Shown piece by piece: positions 30,268 to 41,759 of a stretch of DNA of 64,000 nucleotides. Origin of the DNA: Waddliaceae bacterium (GTDB lineage: Bacteria > Chlamydiota > Chlamydiia > Chlamydiales > SLFE01); NCBI GenBank assembly GCA_963771045.1, contig CAVYRW010000004.1, positions 288,001 through 352,000 on the forward strand, written 5' to 3'. How positions within the stretch are numbered: the stretch's first letter is position 1; each line of letters starts with the position of its first letter. The translations under genes were made by a program, and so were the position numbers. A model generated the notes under the pieces. That model made no database searches. It saw nothing but the letters and a program-made list of their open reading frames with translations, and had not been told where the DNA came from.

Positions 30268-30562
30268 AGTCGTTTTTACACTGATTGAGCCGCTCTAAAG
30301 CCTTTTCCCATTCCCTGTATTCCTCGCTATTTTTCTGATCCTTTTTAGCATCAGTTACATAAGTGTGAAATTTTTGCCAAAAGGCATCCGCTGCGGCTAT
30401 TTTTTCCTCAGAAGCCAGATGAAATTCGCAATAATTACGGATCGCCTTTTCCGCGATCTCATCTGTGATTTCCTTATCGCATTCAATACTTAGCCCTACA
30501 GGGCAGGAAATGCCAAACCGCGATTTTATATCTTCTTCTTTAAAATCTTTTGACTTAGCCAT
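30203..30562 (-). CDS. hypothetical protein
   Basis: 119-aa ORF with GAGG RBS and AT-rich upstream region. Confidence 0.55.
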   Translation of the reverse strand: MAKSKDFKEEDIKSRFGISCPVGLSIECDKEITDEIAEKAIRNYCEFHLASEEKIAAADAFWQKFHTYVTDAKKDQKNSEEYREWEKALERLNQCKNDFIEMKHSLGLGIHHIVKAKAA

Positions 30563-30646
30563 AATAATTTCCTCTCTATTAAATTATTCTGTTAGGTCTA
30601 TATTAATATTATAATTAAAATTGTAATAAATATTCATTTATTGAAT

Positions 30647-30659
30647 TAAGTTGTTGATA
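30647..30659 (-). promoter_or_regulatory. possible IHF binding site in a divergent promoter region
   Basis: TATCAACAACTTA matches WATCAANNNNTTR; similar one-mismatch site at 50811..50823. Confidence 0.35.
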
Positions 30660-30757
30660 TTCAAGAAAATCGGTATCTTAAAAACAAATTATTGTCCTAA
30701 AGCTGGCCCAGGTGCTACAATGGTCTCTCAACTTATACTTAAAGGAGACTGACGTCG

Positions 30758-33127
30758 ATGCTAGGGTTTTTCAGGAAGTATCAAAAGTATTTCTTTATTT
30801 TTGTTACCACGATTATTGTCATTTCTTTCTCGTTTTTCGGAGTGATCAACTCAATGGGATCTCCTCAGATTCCCGATCCCGTTGTCCACACGACAACCCA
30901 CGGGGTAAAGATCAGAAAGTCCAAGCTTGAGCAAATGGCCTACTTTCTCTCCACCGATGCTCAGGACAGGCTGTTTTTCGGGGGACGAAAGGGGCCCAAC
31001 TTCTTGAATGACGGCGTTTTGCAAAAAGATTTTCTCGCATCCGGCCTTGCAGAGGTCCTTGCGGCGCATTATCAAGGCCTTTTGAAAGTGGATCTTGAAT
31101 CTAAGGCCAAAAGGGAAAAGAATTTTCAGCTTTACCGCCATCCCCAGGCAGAATTTATCAGCGTAGAAAATGCCTGGAACTTCATCGCTCCCGATATGAA
31201 GCAGTATTTTCACGAGCTGCAAAACGGAGACGATCCCCTCTCCGGCGGAAAATTCCATGCCCGCATTCAGCTTTATCTGGGGCAGAGAAGATTCCCTCCC
31301 AATACCTTGAAGCAGATTTTGTCTTATCAAAACAGGCAATATTCCTGGGTGCCCCCGGATCCCAATCTCGTTCATGCCGACCTCTCGGTTTTCGGATACA
31401 AAACAATCGACGACTGGTTCGGCCCCCGTTTTGTCCGGCTGGCATCGGCTGTCATTCTCGATACGGCTGAAATGGCTAGAAAGCAAGGCCTCTCCGTTAG
31501 TGATGACGAGGCTCTAGCGAGCCTGATCAGGCAAACTCATTTCAGTTACGAACAGGTGAAGAATTCTCCCTATTTTGACAGCGTCAATGTCGATGACTAC
31601 CTGCAGCAGCAATTGCGTTTTATGCATATGGACATGAAACAGGCGGTCAATTTGTGGAAACAGGTTCTGTTATTCCGCCTTTACTTCGATAGTGTCGGGG
31701 ACTCCGTTTTTGTCGACAGGATGCCTTATAAAAATTTTGCCGATTACGCTAATTTGACGGTGTCGGGAAACCTCTACCGCCTTTCCGAGGATATGAGGCT
31801 GGCAAATTTTCAGGATTTTCAGAGATTCGAGTTTTATCTGAGCGCGGTGGCGAAAAGGGATAAAGGAAATCCGCTCTCTTTACCCGCCGAATTTTTTTCT
31901 GCCGAAAAATTAGTTAAAGTGCACCCGGAATTTGTTCAAAAGCGGTATAAAATTTCAGTCGCTTCCGTAGACGCGCAGAAATTTCAGGATGAGGTAGGCA
32001 CTAAAGAGATGTGGAATTGGCAAATGGAGGATGGCAATTGGGCCCTGCTTCAAAAGACTTTTTCCGATCTGGGAATTCAGGAGAGCAGAACTCGAGAAGA
32101 GCGGTTTGCCGCTTTGAATGACTTGAGCCGAAATGCACGGCAGAAAGTCGATAATTTTTCCAAAGAAATGCTTGTGAAAGAGAACCTTCAATGGGTGGAC
32201 GAGTTTCTGGACGCGGCAAAACCTGAAATTGAGGTGATTGCCATTCGCATGGGCGGCAGTTTCTCGCCGCTTTCTGGAATTGAGAGCGGAGAAATATTAG
32301 CCGCCCTTCTGGATAATGCCGCAAGCGGCGTTGATGTGCCCGAACTTCGGAAATACTCTGAAGACAGCCGCCATTACTACAAAATTCAACTGATCGAAGC
32401 GGCTCCCCAAATGGATGTTTTGACCTTTTCAGAAATGAAAAATGACGGAACGCTCGATGAGAGTTTAAGAAAAACTCTCGAGAATCATTACGAAAAAATC
32501 CGAGAAAATGATCCGGATAAATTCAAAAATCCAAGCGGAGAGTGGAAATCGTTTGCCGATGTCAGGGATTTGGCGGCTAAAGATTACTTTTCGGATGTTT
32601 TGCTGGCGGTCAATAGCAATGTGGAGAGTTCGGATCCCTTGACAGTCGATGATGCTGCTCGCTATCGTTTCAAGGTGATCATGGAAAACTTGAAAGAAGC
32701 TGTGGAAAAAGATCCGGTAAGCTCCGAGTGGATAGCAGGTGCCGGCAAAGGCCGCAGCGACGCTCTTCTCGCATTACGACCTCCGCTGATTGATCAATGG
32801 AAAGTCGTGAAAACGGATTATAAACTTCGCCGCAGCGGCGACAATGAGGAAAAAATCGATCGCGAAAGCGTTTTTGCTCTTCAGCCGGGCCAGTGGTCGG
32901 AGATTTATATGCCGCCTCAAGGCGACATTTCCTTTTTCCAGCTTGTAACTAAGGAAGTAGATACTGACCAGAAACTGATCATGGATGGTATAACCGAAGG
33001 ACAGCATCTGCTTTCCAATAGCGCAAAAAAATTGCTGCTTGAAAAAACTTTGAGCTTAATTGAAGAAAAACAACCGATTAAACTTGATTATTTAAATTCG
33101 ACTTATCAGCATGCAAAACTCGATTGA
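30758..33127 (+). CDS. membrane-anchored periplasmic protein, PpiD/SurA N-terminal-like
   Basis: MLGFFRKY plus TM anchor; ARKQGLSVSDDEA SurA-N-like motif. Confidence 0.65.
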   Translation: MLGFFRKYQKYFFIFVTTIIVISFSFFGVINSMGSPQIPDPVVHTTTHGVKIRKSKLEQMAYFLSTDAQDRLFFGGRKGPNFLNDGVLQKDFLASGLAEVLAAHYQGLLKVDLESKAKREKNFQLYRHPQAEFISVENAWNFIAPDMKQYFHELQNGDDPLSGGKFHARIQLYLGQRRFPPNTLKQILSYQNRQYSWVPPDPNLVHADLSVFGYKTIDDWFGPRFVRLASAVILDTAEMARKQGLSVSDDEALASLIRQTHFSYEQVKNSPYFDSVNVDDYLQQQLRFMHMDMKQAVNLWKQVLLFRLYFDSVGDSVFVDRMPYKNFADYANLTVSGNLYRLSEDMRLANFQDFQRFEFYLSAVAKRDKGNPLSLPAEFFSAEKLVKVHPEFVQKRYKISVASVDAQKFQDEVGTKEMWNWQMEDGNWALLQKTFSDLGIQESRTREERFAALNDLSRNARQKVDNFSKEMLVKENLQWVDEFLDAAKPEIEVIAIRMGGSFSPLSGIESGEILAALLDNAASGVDVPELRKYSEDSRHYYKIQLIEAAPQMDVLTFSEMKNDGTLDESLRKTLENHYEKIRENDPDKFKNPSGEWKSFADVRDLAAKDYFSDVLLAVNSNVESSDPLTVDDAARYRFKVIMENLKEAVEKDPVSSEWIAGAGKGRSDALLALRPPLIDQWKVVKTDYKLRRSGDNEEKIDRESVFALQPGQWSEIYMPPQGDISFFQLVTKEVDTDQKLIMDGITEGQHLLSNSAKKLLLEKTLSLIEEKQPIKLDYLNSTYQHAKLD

Positions 33128-33755
33128 GTCTCCGTTAAATTCTATCGACTTGCTGCCGGTGAATTATTTTCCTCTGGAATTCAATTGTCATTATTCCGGC
33201 AGCTCCAAACTGACGCAAAGCCATAAAGTTCCCCGAACCTCCGGCCTTTTATGCGAAGAGGAATTTGCGGAAGTATCACTCGGCTGGAATGAGGAGGGGG
33301 TTGCTGTTTTTGCGGCCGTGGGGCAGCCTCTGGAACAATCGGTTTATCCTGATCCTGAGTTCGGAGACAGCATTGAGATCTTTATCGACACTCGCGACAT
33401 CAAATCCGCCGGCTTCAATCATCGGTTTTGCCACCATTTTGTTTTCCTGACAGAGCCTGTAGAAGGAAGTCAAGCCATGGAAGCGACCCGCTTTAGAACA
33501 GAAGATGTTCACGAGCTTTGCGATCCTAAGGATTTGGAAGTGAAAACATCTTGCAAACGCTCTTCCTATAATATGTCAATTTGGATACCTGCGTCCTGCC
33601 TCCACGGTTTCGATACGAGGCAGTCCAAATGTCTTGGATTCACTTACCGGGTCAACCGCTCGGGAGGCGATGCCCAGCATTTTTCCCTTCACACAGCTGA
33701 ATATCAAATTGATCAAAATCCGGCGCTCTGGAGTACAATGAGGCTAGTGAAATGA
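33111..33755 (+). CDS. hypothetical protein with CBM9/DOMON-like sugar-binding fold (putative)
   Basis: GWNEEG, GDSIEIFIDT, Y..SIWIP, LGF.Y.VN pattern. Confidence 0.55.
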   Translation: MQNSIESPLNSIDLLPVNYFPLEFNCHYSGSSKLTQSHKVPRTSGLLCEEEFAEVSLGWNEEGVAVFAAVGQPLEQSVYPDPEFGDSIEIFIDTRDIKSAGFNHRFCHHFVFLTEPVEGSQAMEATRFRTEDVHELCDPKDLEVKTSCKRSSYNMSIWIPASCLHGFDTRQSKCLGFTYRVNRSGGDAQHFSLHTAEYQIDQNPALWSTMRLVK

Positions 33756-34819
33756 AAGAGACTGTACTTTATCCCAAACATAAAAAGCTCGGGGCTAAGA
33801 TGGCCGAATTTGCCGGCTTTGAGATGCCTATTCATTACAAGGGAATCATTTTGGAACATCTTGCCGTCAGAGAAAATGTCGGAATTTTTGATGTTTCCCA
33901 CATGGGACGGATCATTATCAAAGGACCCGGCGCAGAAGAGCTTCTCGACACTCTTTCGACAAACAAAATTGCGGGCAAAAAACCGGGGTCTGCCACTTAT
34001 ACTGTCTGGTGCCATCCTTATGGAGGATGCGTTGACGATCTGATAGTCTACCGTCTGGGCGCGGAGGAATTTTTTATCGTTGTCAACGCATCGAACAGAG
34101 AGAAAGACCTGGAGCATCTTAAACGGCATGCAGAATCTTATGAAGTGGAGATTGTTCCTTGTTACGAAACTGAAGGTATTGTCGCCATTCAAGGGCCCAA
34201 AGCTAGAGAGCTTGTTTCGGAAATATTTCCCGAAGCTTCGGAAATGAAGCCCATGAAAGTGCAAAGGGCCCCGTTTTCCGGGGAAACCGTCCTGCTTGCT
34301 TCCACAGGATACACCGGTTCGGCAGGATTTGAAGTATACGCTTCCAACCAGGCCATTGACGGTCTATGGGATCTTTGTCTGGAAAAAGGAAAACGTCATG
34401 GCATTGAACCGGCGGGACTTGGAGCTCGCGATACGCTTCGGCTGGAGATGGGATTTGCCCTTTACGGCCATGAGCTTGCCGATGACATATATCCTACAGA
34501 AACAGTATCGAGCTGGACGGTGAAATTGAACGGCCGAGACTTTGTGGGGAAAGAGGCTTTGCAAAAACTTCAAACGAAACGCCATCAATTTGGGGTGGTT
34601 GTCGAGAAAGGGGGAATTGCCCGCGAGGGATACGAAGTATTTTTCAAAGGAGAGCTCATCGGTAAAGTTACATCGGGAACATTTTCTCCTTCTCTTAGGC
34701 AGGCGATAGCCATTGTTTTGGCCGACCAAAAATTAGAGTTAGATGATAGAATTGAAATTCAGGTAAGGCAGCGCAAGCTTTATGCCCGCGTTATCAAAAT
34801 GCCTTTCTATAAACCATGA
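33752..34819 (+). CDS. gcvT: glycine cleavage system aminomethyltransferase T
   Basis: FAGFEMPIHY, FDVSHMG, QGPKA, TGYTG, GLGARDTLRLE. Confidence 0.95.
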   Translation: MKETVLYPKHKKLGAKMAEFAGFEMPIHYKGIILEHLAVRENVGIFDVSHMGRIIIKGPGAEELLDTLSTNKIAGKKPGSATYTVWCHPYGGCVDDLIVYRLGAEEFFIVVNASNREKDLEHLKRHAESYEVEIVPCYETEGIVAIQGPKARELVSEIFPEASEMKPMKVQRAPFSGETVLLASTGYTGSAGFEVYASNQAIDGLWDLCLEKGKRHGIEPAGLGARDTLRLEMGFALYGHELADDIYPTETVSSWTVKLNGRDFVGKEALQKLQTKRHQFGVVVEKGGIAREGYEVFFKGELIGKVTSGTFSPSLRQAIAIVLADQKLELDDRIEIQVRQRKLYARVIKMPFYKP

Positions 34820-34828
34820 GGGGAATTT

Positions 34829-35194
34829 ATGAAATATACTCAATCGCATGAGTGGATTGATGTTCAGGGCGGCATCGGCACTGTCGGCGTGAGCGATTAT
34901 GCTCAGGAAGAACTCGGGGATGTCGTCTATGTTGAGCTTCCGACTGTCGGCAATACGGTCTCGGCCGGGAGAGGAAGTGGCCGTTCTCGAGTCGACAAAG
35001 GCCGCCGCAGACGTCTATTCGCCGGTGTCGGGAAAAATTGTAGAGGTCAATGACAAGCTGCAGGACGCCTCAGACCTTGTGAATTCCTCCCCCAGGATCA
35101 GGGATGGATTTTTAAACTAGAGCTTTCGAACGCAGAAGAACTTGAAAAATTGATGGATCAAGGGCAGTATAAGGCTCAGTTTCAGAAAGGATAA
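34829..35194 (+). pseudogene. gcvH: glycine cleavage H protein with two single-base frameshifts (possibly sequencing errors)
   Basis: [32 protein letters not shown] lipoyl-Lys, VNSSP..GWIFK spread over frames; indels at ~34967 and ~35090. Confidence 0.85.
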
Positions 35195-35200
35195 TCGTCA

Positions 35201-36544
35201 ATGGATTTTATCTCCAACAGCGAAACCCAGGTGCGGGAGATGCTTGCTGCCCTAGGTATTGAAAGTCATTGAAGATCTCTTTCAGGATGTTCCCAAATCC
35301 CTCTTGCTTAAAAAGCCGAAAGAAAGATGACGGCCTTTCCGAATATGAAGGCATTCAACGACTTGAAGAGATTGCAGGCGGCAATCGGTTTCCCAAGCTG
35401 GAAAACTACTTGGGAGCAGGGGCCTATGAACATCATGTGCCCGCCCTTGTTTCGGCAGTGACATCCAAATCGGAATTTTTAACCTCTTATACTCCTTATC
35501 AAGCAGAGGTGTCTCAAGGGATGCTGCAGGCCATATTCGAATTTCAGTCGGCCATCTCTGCTTTGACCGGAATGGATGTGTCCAATGCCTCGGTTTATGA
35601 CGGCGCCTCCGCTTGCGCCGAGGCGGCTCTGATGTGTCTTCGCCATAAAAAGGGAAGCTCGAAAATTTTACTTGCCGAAACGCTCCATCCCCACTACCGA
35701 GCTGTTATAAAACTTTATACCGAAGGGACGGGTGCCGAAATTGCTGCCATTGCCCATCTTGAAATGGCCGGCTTGATATCAAGGCCCTTCAAGAGCAGCT
35801 AGACGACACTGTTGCATGCGTGATTGTCCAATCGCCCAACTTTGTCGGTTCTGTTGAAGATGCCGCCTCCATTTCCATCAAAAATTCAAGCTAGCGGCTC
35901 TCTTTTTGTCCTGGCCGCCAATCCGCTTTCATACGGTTTATATGAAAATGCCGCGGCGCTAGGCGCCGATATTGCCGTTGGCGAGGTTCAGCCTTTTGGC
36001 CTTCCCCTTCAATTCGGCGGCCCTTATGCCGGTTATATTGCCTGCAAACAAGAACTCGTGAGACAGCTTCCGGGAAGGATTGCGGGAGAAACAGTCGATA
36101 CCGAAGGAAACCGAGGTTTTGTCTTGACCCTTCAGGCAAGAGAGCAGCATATCAGGCGGGATAAAGCGACTTCGAATATCTGCACCAACCAGGCGCTCGC
36201 TGCGCTTGCATGCCTTGTGGGTATGCTCTGGTATGGGAAGCAGGGAGTGAAAGAGGCGGCGCTGACAAACTTCCAGCGGGCTTCCTATTTAAGATCGAAA
36301 CTTAGGCAAATCCCAGGAGTCAAAGTACTTGAGGCTCCTATCTTTAATGAGTTTGCGGTTCACTTCGGGACTTCTTTTGACCATGTTTGGGATCATTTTG
36401 AAAAAGCGGGTATCGCTTGCGGGCGTCGATCTGGGAAGGTATTATCCCCGATTCAAAGATTACTGCCTTGTCGCCGTAACGGAAACGAAAAGCAAAGCCC
36501 AGCTTGACCGCTACATCGAAATTGGAAGAGAGGTTATCCGGTGA
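35201..36544 (+). pseudogene. gcvPA: glycine dehydrogenase subunit 1 with about five frameshifts
   Basis: YLGAGAY, EFLTSYTPYQAEVSQG, FGGP, REQHIRRDKATSNICT in successive frames. Confidence 0.85.
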
Positions 36545-37977
36545 CAAAAACCATTTTCGAAAAATCCCAGCAAGGACAAAAAGCGTTCAGCCTTCCCGCC
36601 AGTGATCCGGCTTTTGAAGAATTTCAACCGGATCCCGGCCTCAAAAGAAAATCGGAAGTTCCGCTCCCCGAAATTTCCGAGATCGATCTGACGCGGCATT
36701 TTTCCGACCTAGCTTCCCGCAATGTAGGAATCGACAACATTTTTTATCCTCTCGGCAGCTGCACAATGAAGCTCAATCCCCGCGTCAATGAACAGGCGGC
36801 AGCTCTTACCGGATTTACCAGGACGCATCCTTTGGCTCCTGCACATACCGTTCAGGGAAACTTATATGTGATTGATGAACTCGTCAAGCTCCTTTGCGAA
36901 ATTTGCGGAATGACTGCCGGAACCGTCGCTTCCAATGCGGGAGCTCAGGGAGAATTTGTCGGCATTAAAATGATTGCCGCCTATCATAAAGAGCGAGGCG
37001 ATGCCAACCGGACGGAAATCCTGATTCCCGACGATGCCCACGGAACCAACCCCGCAACTGCCAGAATGGCCGGTTTTAAAGCTGTTCCCATCGATACCGA
37101 TCCCAATGGCGATTTGTCGCTGACCCATCTAAAGGAAGCTGGTTTCGGAAAAAACCGCCGGACTCATGCTCACTAATCCGAATACTTTGGGAATTTTCAG
37201 TCCGAAAATTTTGGAAATTTCCAAAATCATCCATGAAAGCGGCGGGCTTTTGTTTTACGACGGGGCCAACCTCAATGCCATACTCAACGTTTGCCGTCCC
37301 GGCGATATGGGCTTTGATGTCATGCACATCAATTTGCACAAGACATTTTCGACACCGCATGGAGGAGGAGGGCCCGGATCAGGTCCTGTCCTTTGCAATG
37401 ATAAACTTAAAAAATACCTTCCCGTTCCCCGCGTAAAAGAAAATAATCAGTACAGCATTGTTTGGAACGATCGTGAAAGCATCGGACATATTTCCTCATT
37501 TCATGGAAATTTTGCCATTTACCTCCGCGCTTATCTCTATATTTTGCTTCACGGACACTATGGCCTAAGAAGAATTGCCGAAAACGCCGTACTCAATGCC
37601 AATTATTTGAAAAAGAAACTCGAAGGACTCTTCACGATTCCTTATCCCCGATTTTGCATGCATGAGTTTGTGCTGCAGGCCGACAACTATCTCAGCCAAG
37701 GTGTGAGAGCGCTCGACATCGCCAAGCGCATGCTTGACTACCATGTGCATGCGCCCACCATTTATTTTCCCCTTATCATCAAAGAATGCATGCTGATAGA
37801 ACCGACTGAAAGCGAATCGAGGGCAACACTGGATAATTTATCCGGATCATGGAAAAAATTGTGGACGAAATCAAACACGATCCCGATCTTGTGAAAGGGG
37901 CCCCCTACTCACGTCCGGTGACACGCCTGGACGAGGTGCGCGCCGCCAAAGAGCCCATTCTGAAGGCAGAATTATGA
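36541..37977 (+). pseudogene. gcvPB: glycine dehydrogenase subunit 2 with two frameshifts
   Basis: PLGSCTMK, AHGTNPA, HINLHKTFSTPHGGGGPG, IEPTESES, RLDEV; indels at ~37140 and ~37838. Confidence 0.85.
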
Positions 37978-38936
37978 AATTCACGAGTATCGTTCTTATT
38001 TTTTTTGCCATGTGCGTTCACCTTTGGTCCGAACCAACCCTTCTTTCAGTAAAAAAGATTTGGGATCAAGCTCCGCATAACGCCTTCACCGACCTGATTG
38101 ATTACAAAGGGAAGTGGTATTGCGTTTTTCGAGAAGGGGAGGCTCATGCGGGAAAAAGCTTTGGAAAGATCCGCCTTCTGGCCAGTTCCGATGGAGAGAC
38201 CTGGGAATCTGTGCACCTATTTCAACAAGAGGGCGTCGATTTGCGCGATCCCAAGTTGTCGATTACCCCAAAAGACCAATTGATGCTTCTTTTAGGCGGC
38301 ACCATGTTTGACCAGAATAAGATCACTCGAAACTCTCAGGCTGCCTTTTCATCCGACGGCAAAAACTGGACCCCTTTTACCACAGTCCTTCCCGAAAATG
38401 AGTGGCTGTGGCGCGTTACCTGGCATGAGGGAAAAGCTTATGGGGTCTCTTACCGCGTGGAAAAGGAGTCGTGGCCTGCCTCGCTTTTCGTTAGCAGCAA
38501 CGGAGTTGACTACGAAAAGATCAAAGAATTCAATATTCAGGGAAAACCGAGCGAAACTACTTTGAGGTTCACAAAAGCCGGTGAGATGATAGCCCTCATG
38601 CGCCGAGGATCCGCGGCTTTGATTGGCCGGAGCTTTCCTCCCTATACCGAATGGTCTTGGAACGATACAAAAATCATGTTTGGCGGCCCCGATTTTTTAA
38701 TCTTGCCGAGCGGCGCTATGTGGGCTGCTGGCAGGATTATCGAGCATGACAAACAAGAAAAAACGGCTCTTGCGAAAATGGATTTGCACTCGCTGACTGC
38801 GGTTTTGGAATTGCCGAGCGGCGGCGATGATACGGGCTATCCGGGGATGGTCTATAAGGACGGAATTTTGTGGATCAGCTATTATTCCTCTCATGAAAGC
38901 AAGTCAGGCATATACTTAGTAAAAATTCGTCTGTGA
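37974..38936 (+). CDS. exported BNR/Asp-box beta-propeller protein (exo-alpha-sialidase-like)
   Basis: signal peptide; Asp-boxes SSDGETW, SSDGKNW, SSNGVDY; HNAFTDL, DLRDPKL, DTGYPG. Confidence 0.75.
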   Translation: MKFTSIVLIFFAMCVHLWSEPTLLSVKKIWDQAPHNAFTDLIDYKGKWYCVFREGEAHAGKSFGKIRLLASSDGETWESVHLFQQEGVDLRDPKLSITPKDQLMLLLGGTMFDQNKITRNSQAAFSSDGKNWTPFTTVLPENEWLWRVTWHEGKAYGVSYRVEKESWPASLFVSSNGVDYEKIKEFNIQGKPSETTLRFTKAGEMIALMRRGSAALIGRSFPPYTEWSWNDTKIMFGGPDFLILPSGAMWAAGRIIEHDKQEKTALAKMDLHSLTAVLELPSGGDDTGYPGMVYKDGILWISYYSSHESKSGIYLVKIRL

Positions 38937-39058
38937 GCCGATCTGAAGTTTAATTTTTTATGCAAAAGGTTTGATAAAAACCGTGCCCGTGCCCGATTAC
39001 AAACTAACTACTGGGAAAGTTTGATCAGCATAGACGCAATCACGGGTCAAAGGATTGG

Positions 39059-39352
39059 TTGCCAATCTTAAGTCTACTCAAGAAATACGGTGCTGATTTA
39101 AATGCAAAGAATAAGGAAGGTCGTGCACCGCTGCATTTTGCTGCAGCTGGAAAACCACAAACAACAAAGCTCCTGATAGAATATGGCGCCGAGGTTAATG
39201 CTCAAGATGAAAATGGGTTGTGTTCTTTGGATTTTACAGGAGAGAAACTCATCGCTGGAGATTCATATTACCAAGCACGAAAGGCGCTTATCTTGGCAGG
39301 TGGAAAATATGGCTCCATGATAGCCAAGGATGGAGGAATTGAGGAAGGATGA
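39059..39352 (+). pseudogene. ankyrin-repeat protein fragment (N-terminus apparently missing)
   Basis: LLKKYGADLNAKNKEGRAPLHFAA...LLIEYGAEVNAQDENG; begins mid-repeat at a TTG. Confidence 0.65.
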
Positions 39353-39361
39353 TATTAAACT

Positions 39362-40069
39362 CTATTTCTTTTCCTCGTCCTGCTGGATGACTTTTTTTGT
39401 GGGCTCGACTTTTCCAGTGGGGTTGGCAAGTTTGATGCCGGTAAAGCCCAGGAAGGCAAGAGACATCAGGCCTGACATGACAAATGTGATTCCCATCCCT
39501 TTTAAGTTTGGAATGACTTTAGAGACGCGCAGTCTTTCACGGATCGAGGCGATGAGAGCGATTGCCAGCCACCAACCGAGCCCCGAGGCGAAAACATAGA
39601 CGACATTGGGAATGAAGGGGTACTCTCTTGTGACGGCAAAGAGGCACGCGCCCAAAATAGCGCAATTGACAGTAATCAAGGGAAGGTAGATTCCCAAGGA
39701 CATATAGAGCGCAGGAGCGAACTTCTCGATGACAATCTCAAGGACCTGGACAAAACCGGCAATGACGGAAATAAAAATCAGAAACTGAAGAAAGTTTAAG
39801 TTGATGCCGGAGGCGTTTATGCCAAGGTAGCCGAGCCAGGAAAGAGCATTGGGGCCGGTGATGAAAGCGTTGACCAGCCAGTTGAGCGTTCCGGCAACAG
39901 TTAGGACAAAAACAACGGCTATTCCGAGGCCGTTTGCGGTTTTTAATTTCGCCGAACAGGCGAGATAAGTGCACATGCCAAGAAAGTTGGCGAGGATAAA
40001 GTTCTCAATAAAGACTGCCTGAATCAACAGGCCAAGTAAGTTGAGCGGCTCGTAGGGACCCATTAACAT
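39362..40069 (-). CDS. nqrE: Na+-translocating NADH:quinone reductase subunit E
   Basis: FLGMCTYLA, GIYLPLITVNCAILG. Confidence 0.93.
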   Translation of the reverse strand: MLMGPYEPLNLLGLLIQAVFIENFILANFLGMCTYLACSAKLKTANGLGIAVVFVLTVAGTLNWLVNAFITGPNALSWLGYLGINASGINLNFLQFLIFISVIAGFVQVLEIVIEKFAPALYMSLGIYLPLITVNCAILGACLFAVTREYPFIPNVVYVFASGLGWWLAIALIASIRERLRVSKVIPNLKGMGITFVMSGLMSLAFLGFTGIKLANPTGKVEPTKKVIQQDEEKK

Positions 40070-40073
40070 GAGA

Positions 40074-40709
40074 TCATTCCTCCTTTTCAACAGTTGCGTT
40101 AGAGATCCATATCAGTCCGCCGATAATGAAAAATGCCGCCGGAGGACTCACCATAAGTCCAAAATTTTCGTAGGCGTTCGGCTGGGCAGCGGAGGCATAC
40201 CAGCTCTCAGGAATAACCTGAATGTTAAACAGTTGTCCGAAGCCCAAAAATTCACGGATGGCACCGACGATCATCAGAACCATAGCATACCCGAGGCCAG
40301 CGCCCATGCCGTCTAGAAAGGCGGGCCAGGGGGTGACGTTTTTTGCCATCCCTTCCGCTCTTCCCATAACGAGGCAGTTCGTGATGATCAGGCCGACAAA
40401 AACGGTCATGACTTTCCAAATTGCAAAGTAATAGGCCTGCAAAAACTGGTCGATGATAATGACGAAGACTGAAATGATCGCAAGCTGAGTGATCATCCTG
40501 ACGCTCGGAGGGGTGTAATGTCTAAGAAGGGAGACGAAGAAGCAGGAACAGGAAGTGACAAATGTGACCGAAAGCCCCATAGTCAGAGCGACAGACAGCC
40601 TGTTTGTGATGGCAAGGGCCGAGCAGATGCCTAAAACAGCCACAAGGATTTGGTTGCTGCTCCAAATTTGATCCGTCAGGTAGTGAAAATTTCCTTTCTG
40701 CGCCATCAT
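40074..40709 (-). CDS. nqrD: Na+-NQR subunit D
   Basis: [24 protein letters not shown]. Confidence 0.93.
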   Translation of the reverse strand: MMAQKGNFHYLTDQIWSSNQILVAVLGICSALAITNRLSVALTMGLSVTFVTSCSCFFVSLLRHYTPPSVRMITQLAIISVFVIIIDQFLQAYYFAIWKVMTVFVGLIITNCLVMGRAEGMAKNVTPWPAFLDGMGAGLGYAMVLMIVGAIREFLGFGQLFNIQVIPESWYASAAQPNAYENFGLMVSPPAAFFIIGGLIWISNATVEKEE

Positions 40710-41605
40710 TTCCCCTCATTTTGTTGATGAAGTTTAATAAAAAACGGGCGATAGGGAGCAAGTGAATCGTGATAGGCTTTTGTGACTCCCGTTCCTGTCA
40801 GCGTGGCTCCCGGTATGCCGTCGACTGCAGTTTTGGCTTTGGGTTTATCTCCAATGACGTTTTTAACTTCTCCTTTGACAACCGTGAGGCCCAAAGGAGC
40901 GGTTTTAAAATCGGTTTTTCCATCGGGATTGGGTAAAAATATGTCCTTGCCGTGGAACTGGGCCTGCCATTTAGGCTCGGATATGACAGCTCCCAGCCCG
41001 GGGGTTTCTTTTTGATCATACCAGGCGGTGCCGATCACAGTATCGCCGTTTGCGTCAATGGCCAAAAAGGCGTAGATAGCGTCCCAAAGTCCGTAACCGT
41101 TTACCGGAATGACATAGTTGATCGGTTTTTCGTCTTTCTCTTTTTCTTCGGATGGGTTGGGAAGGACTTCGTAGACCAGCATCAGAGGAAGGGTATAATA
41201 GCCCCGTTTTCTGTTGTTGTTGATATATTCCCTTTCGTTTATGTCGGCTTTTTTGAATGTCAAAAGATTGCCTTGATGATCGACGAGCATGGGGCGAATA
41301 CGCTTTTGATAAACTTCAAAAAGCTCGTCTCTGTCGGGATATTGTCCATTTTCCGCAGGGACAAGTCGAGCGCCTTTTTCAAGTTTGGCAGGGACATATT
41401 GATTCCCTTTTTTGACTTGGAAATATCCTGAAGGATTCACAATTCTTGCGGCGATCATCATCTGCTTGCTTCTGTCTAGTTCCTGGGCAATTTCCTGGGG
41501 TTTTCTCAATGCGCTGGCAAGTATTGCAAGGATAAGCGCGCAGACAAAGCTTAGGATGACGATAAAGATGATCACGCGGGAGTTGCTTGGGGGGGTAATG
41601 CTCAT
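40706..41605 (-). CDS. nqrC: Na+-NQR subunit C
   Basis: [25 protein letters not shown]-binding Thr. Confidence 0.93.
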   Translation of the reverse strand: MSITPPSNSRVIIFIVILSFVCALILAILASALRKPQEIAQELDRSKQMMIAARIVNPSGYFQVKKGNQYVPAKLEKGARLVPAENGQYPDRDELFEVYQKRIRPMLVDHQGNLLTFKKADINEREYINNNRKRGYYTLPLMLVYEVLPNPSEEKEKDEKPINYVIPVNGYGLWDAIYAFLAIDANGDTVIGTAWYDQKETPGLGAVISEPKWQAQFHGKDIFLPNPDGKTDFKTAPLGLTVVKGEVKNVIGDKPKAKTAVDGIPGATLTGTGVTKAYHDSLAPYRPFFIKLHQQNEGK

Positions 41606-41755
41606 CTCTCACACCTTCCCGTGAAAATTACACAATCTGTTTGCCGATTTTGCATAAAACTCTCGTCGGTCTAGTTTCGCAACTATATCACTCCTCGATT
41701 TTTTGCAAATTCGACAAGCACCTTGCTTGAGCTTCATAAGTAGGTGTGAGAAATG
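41603..41755. repeat. long imperfect palindromic element between nqrB and nqrC
   Basis: CATCTCTCACACCT / AGGTGTGAGAAATG termini; inner arms TTTGCCGATTTTGCATAAAA vs TTTTTTGCAAATTCGACAAG. Confidence 0.7.
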
Positions 41756-41759
41756 TGCG

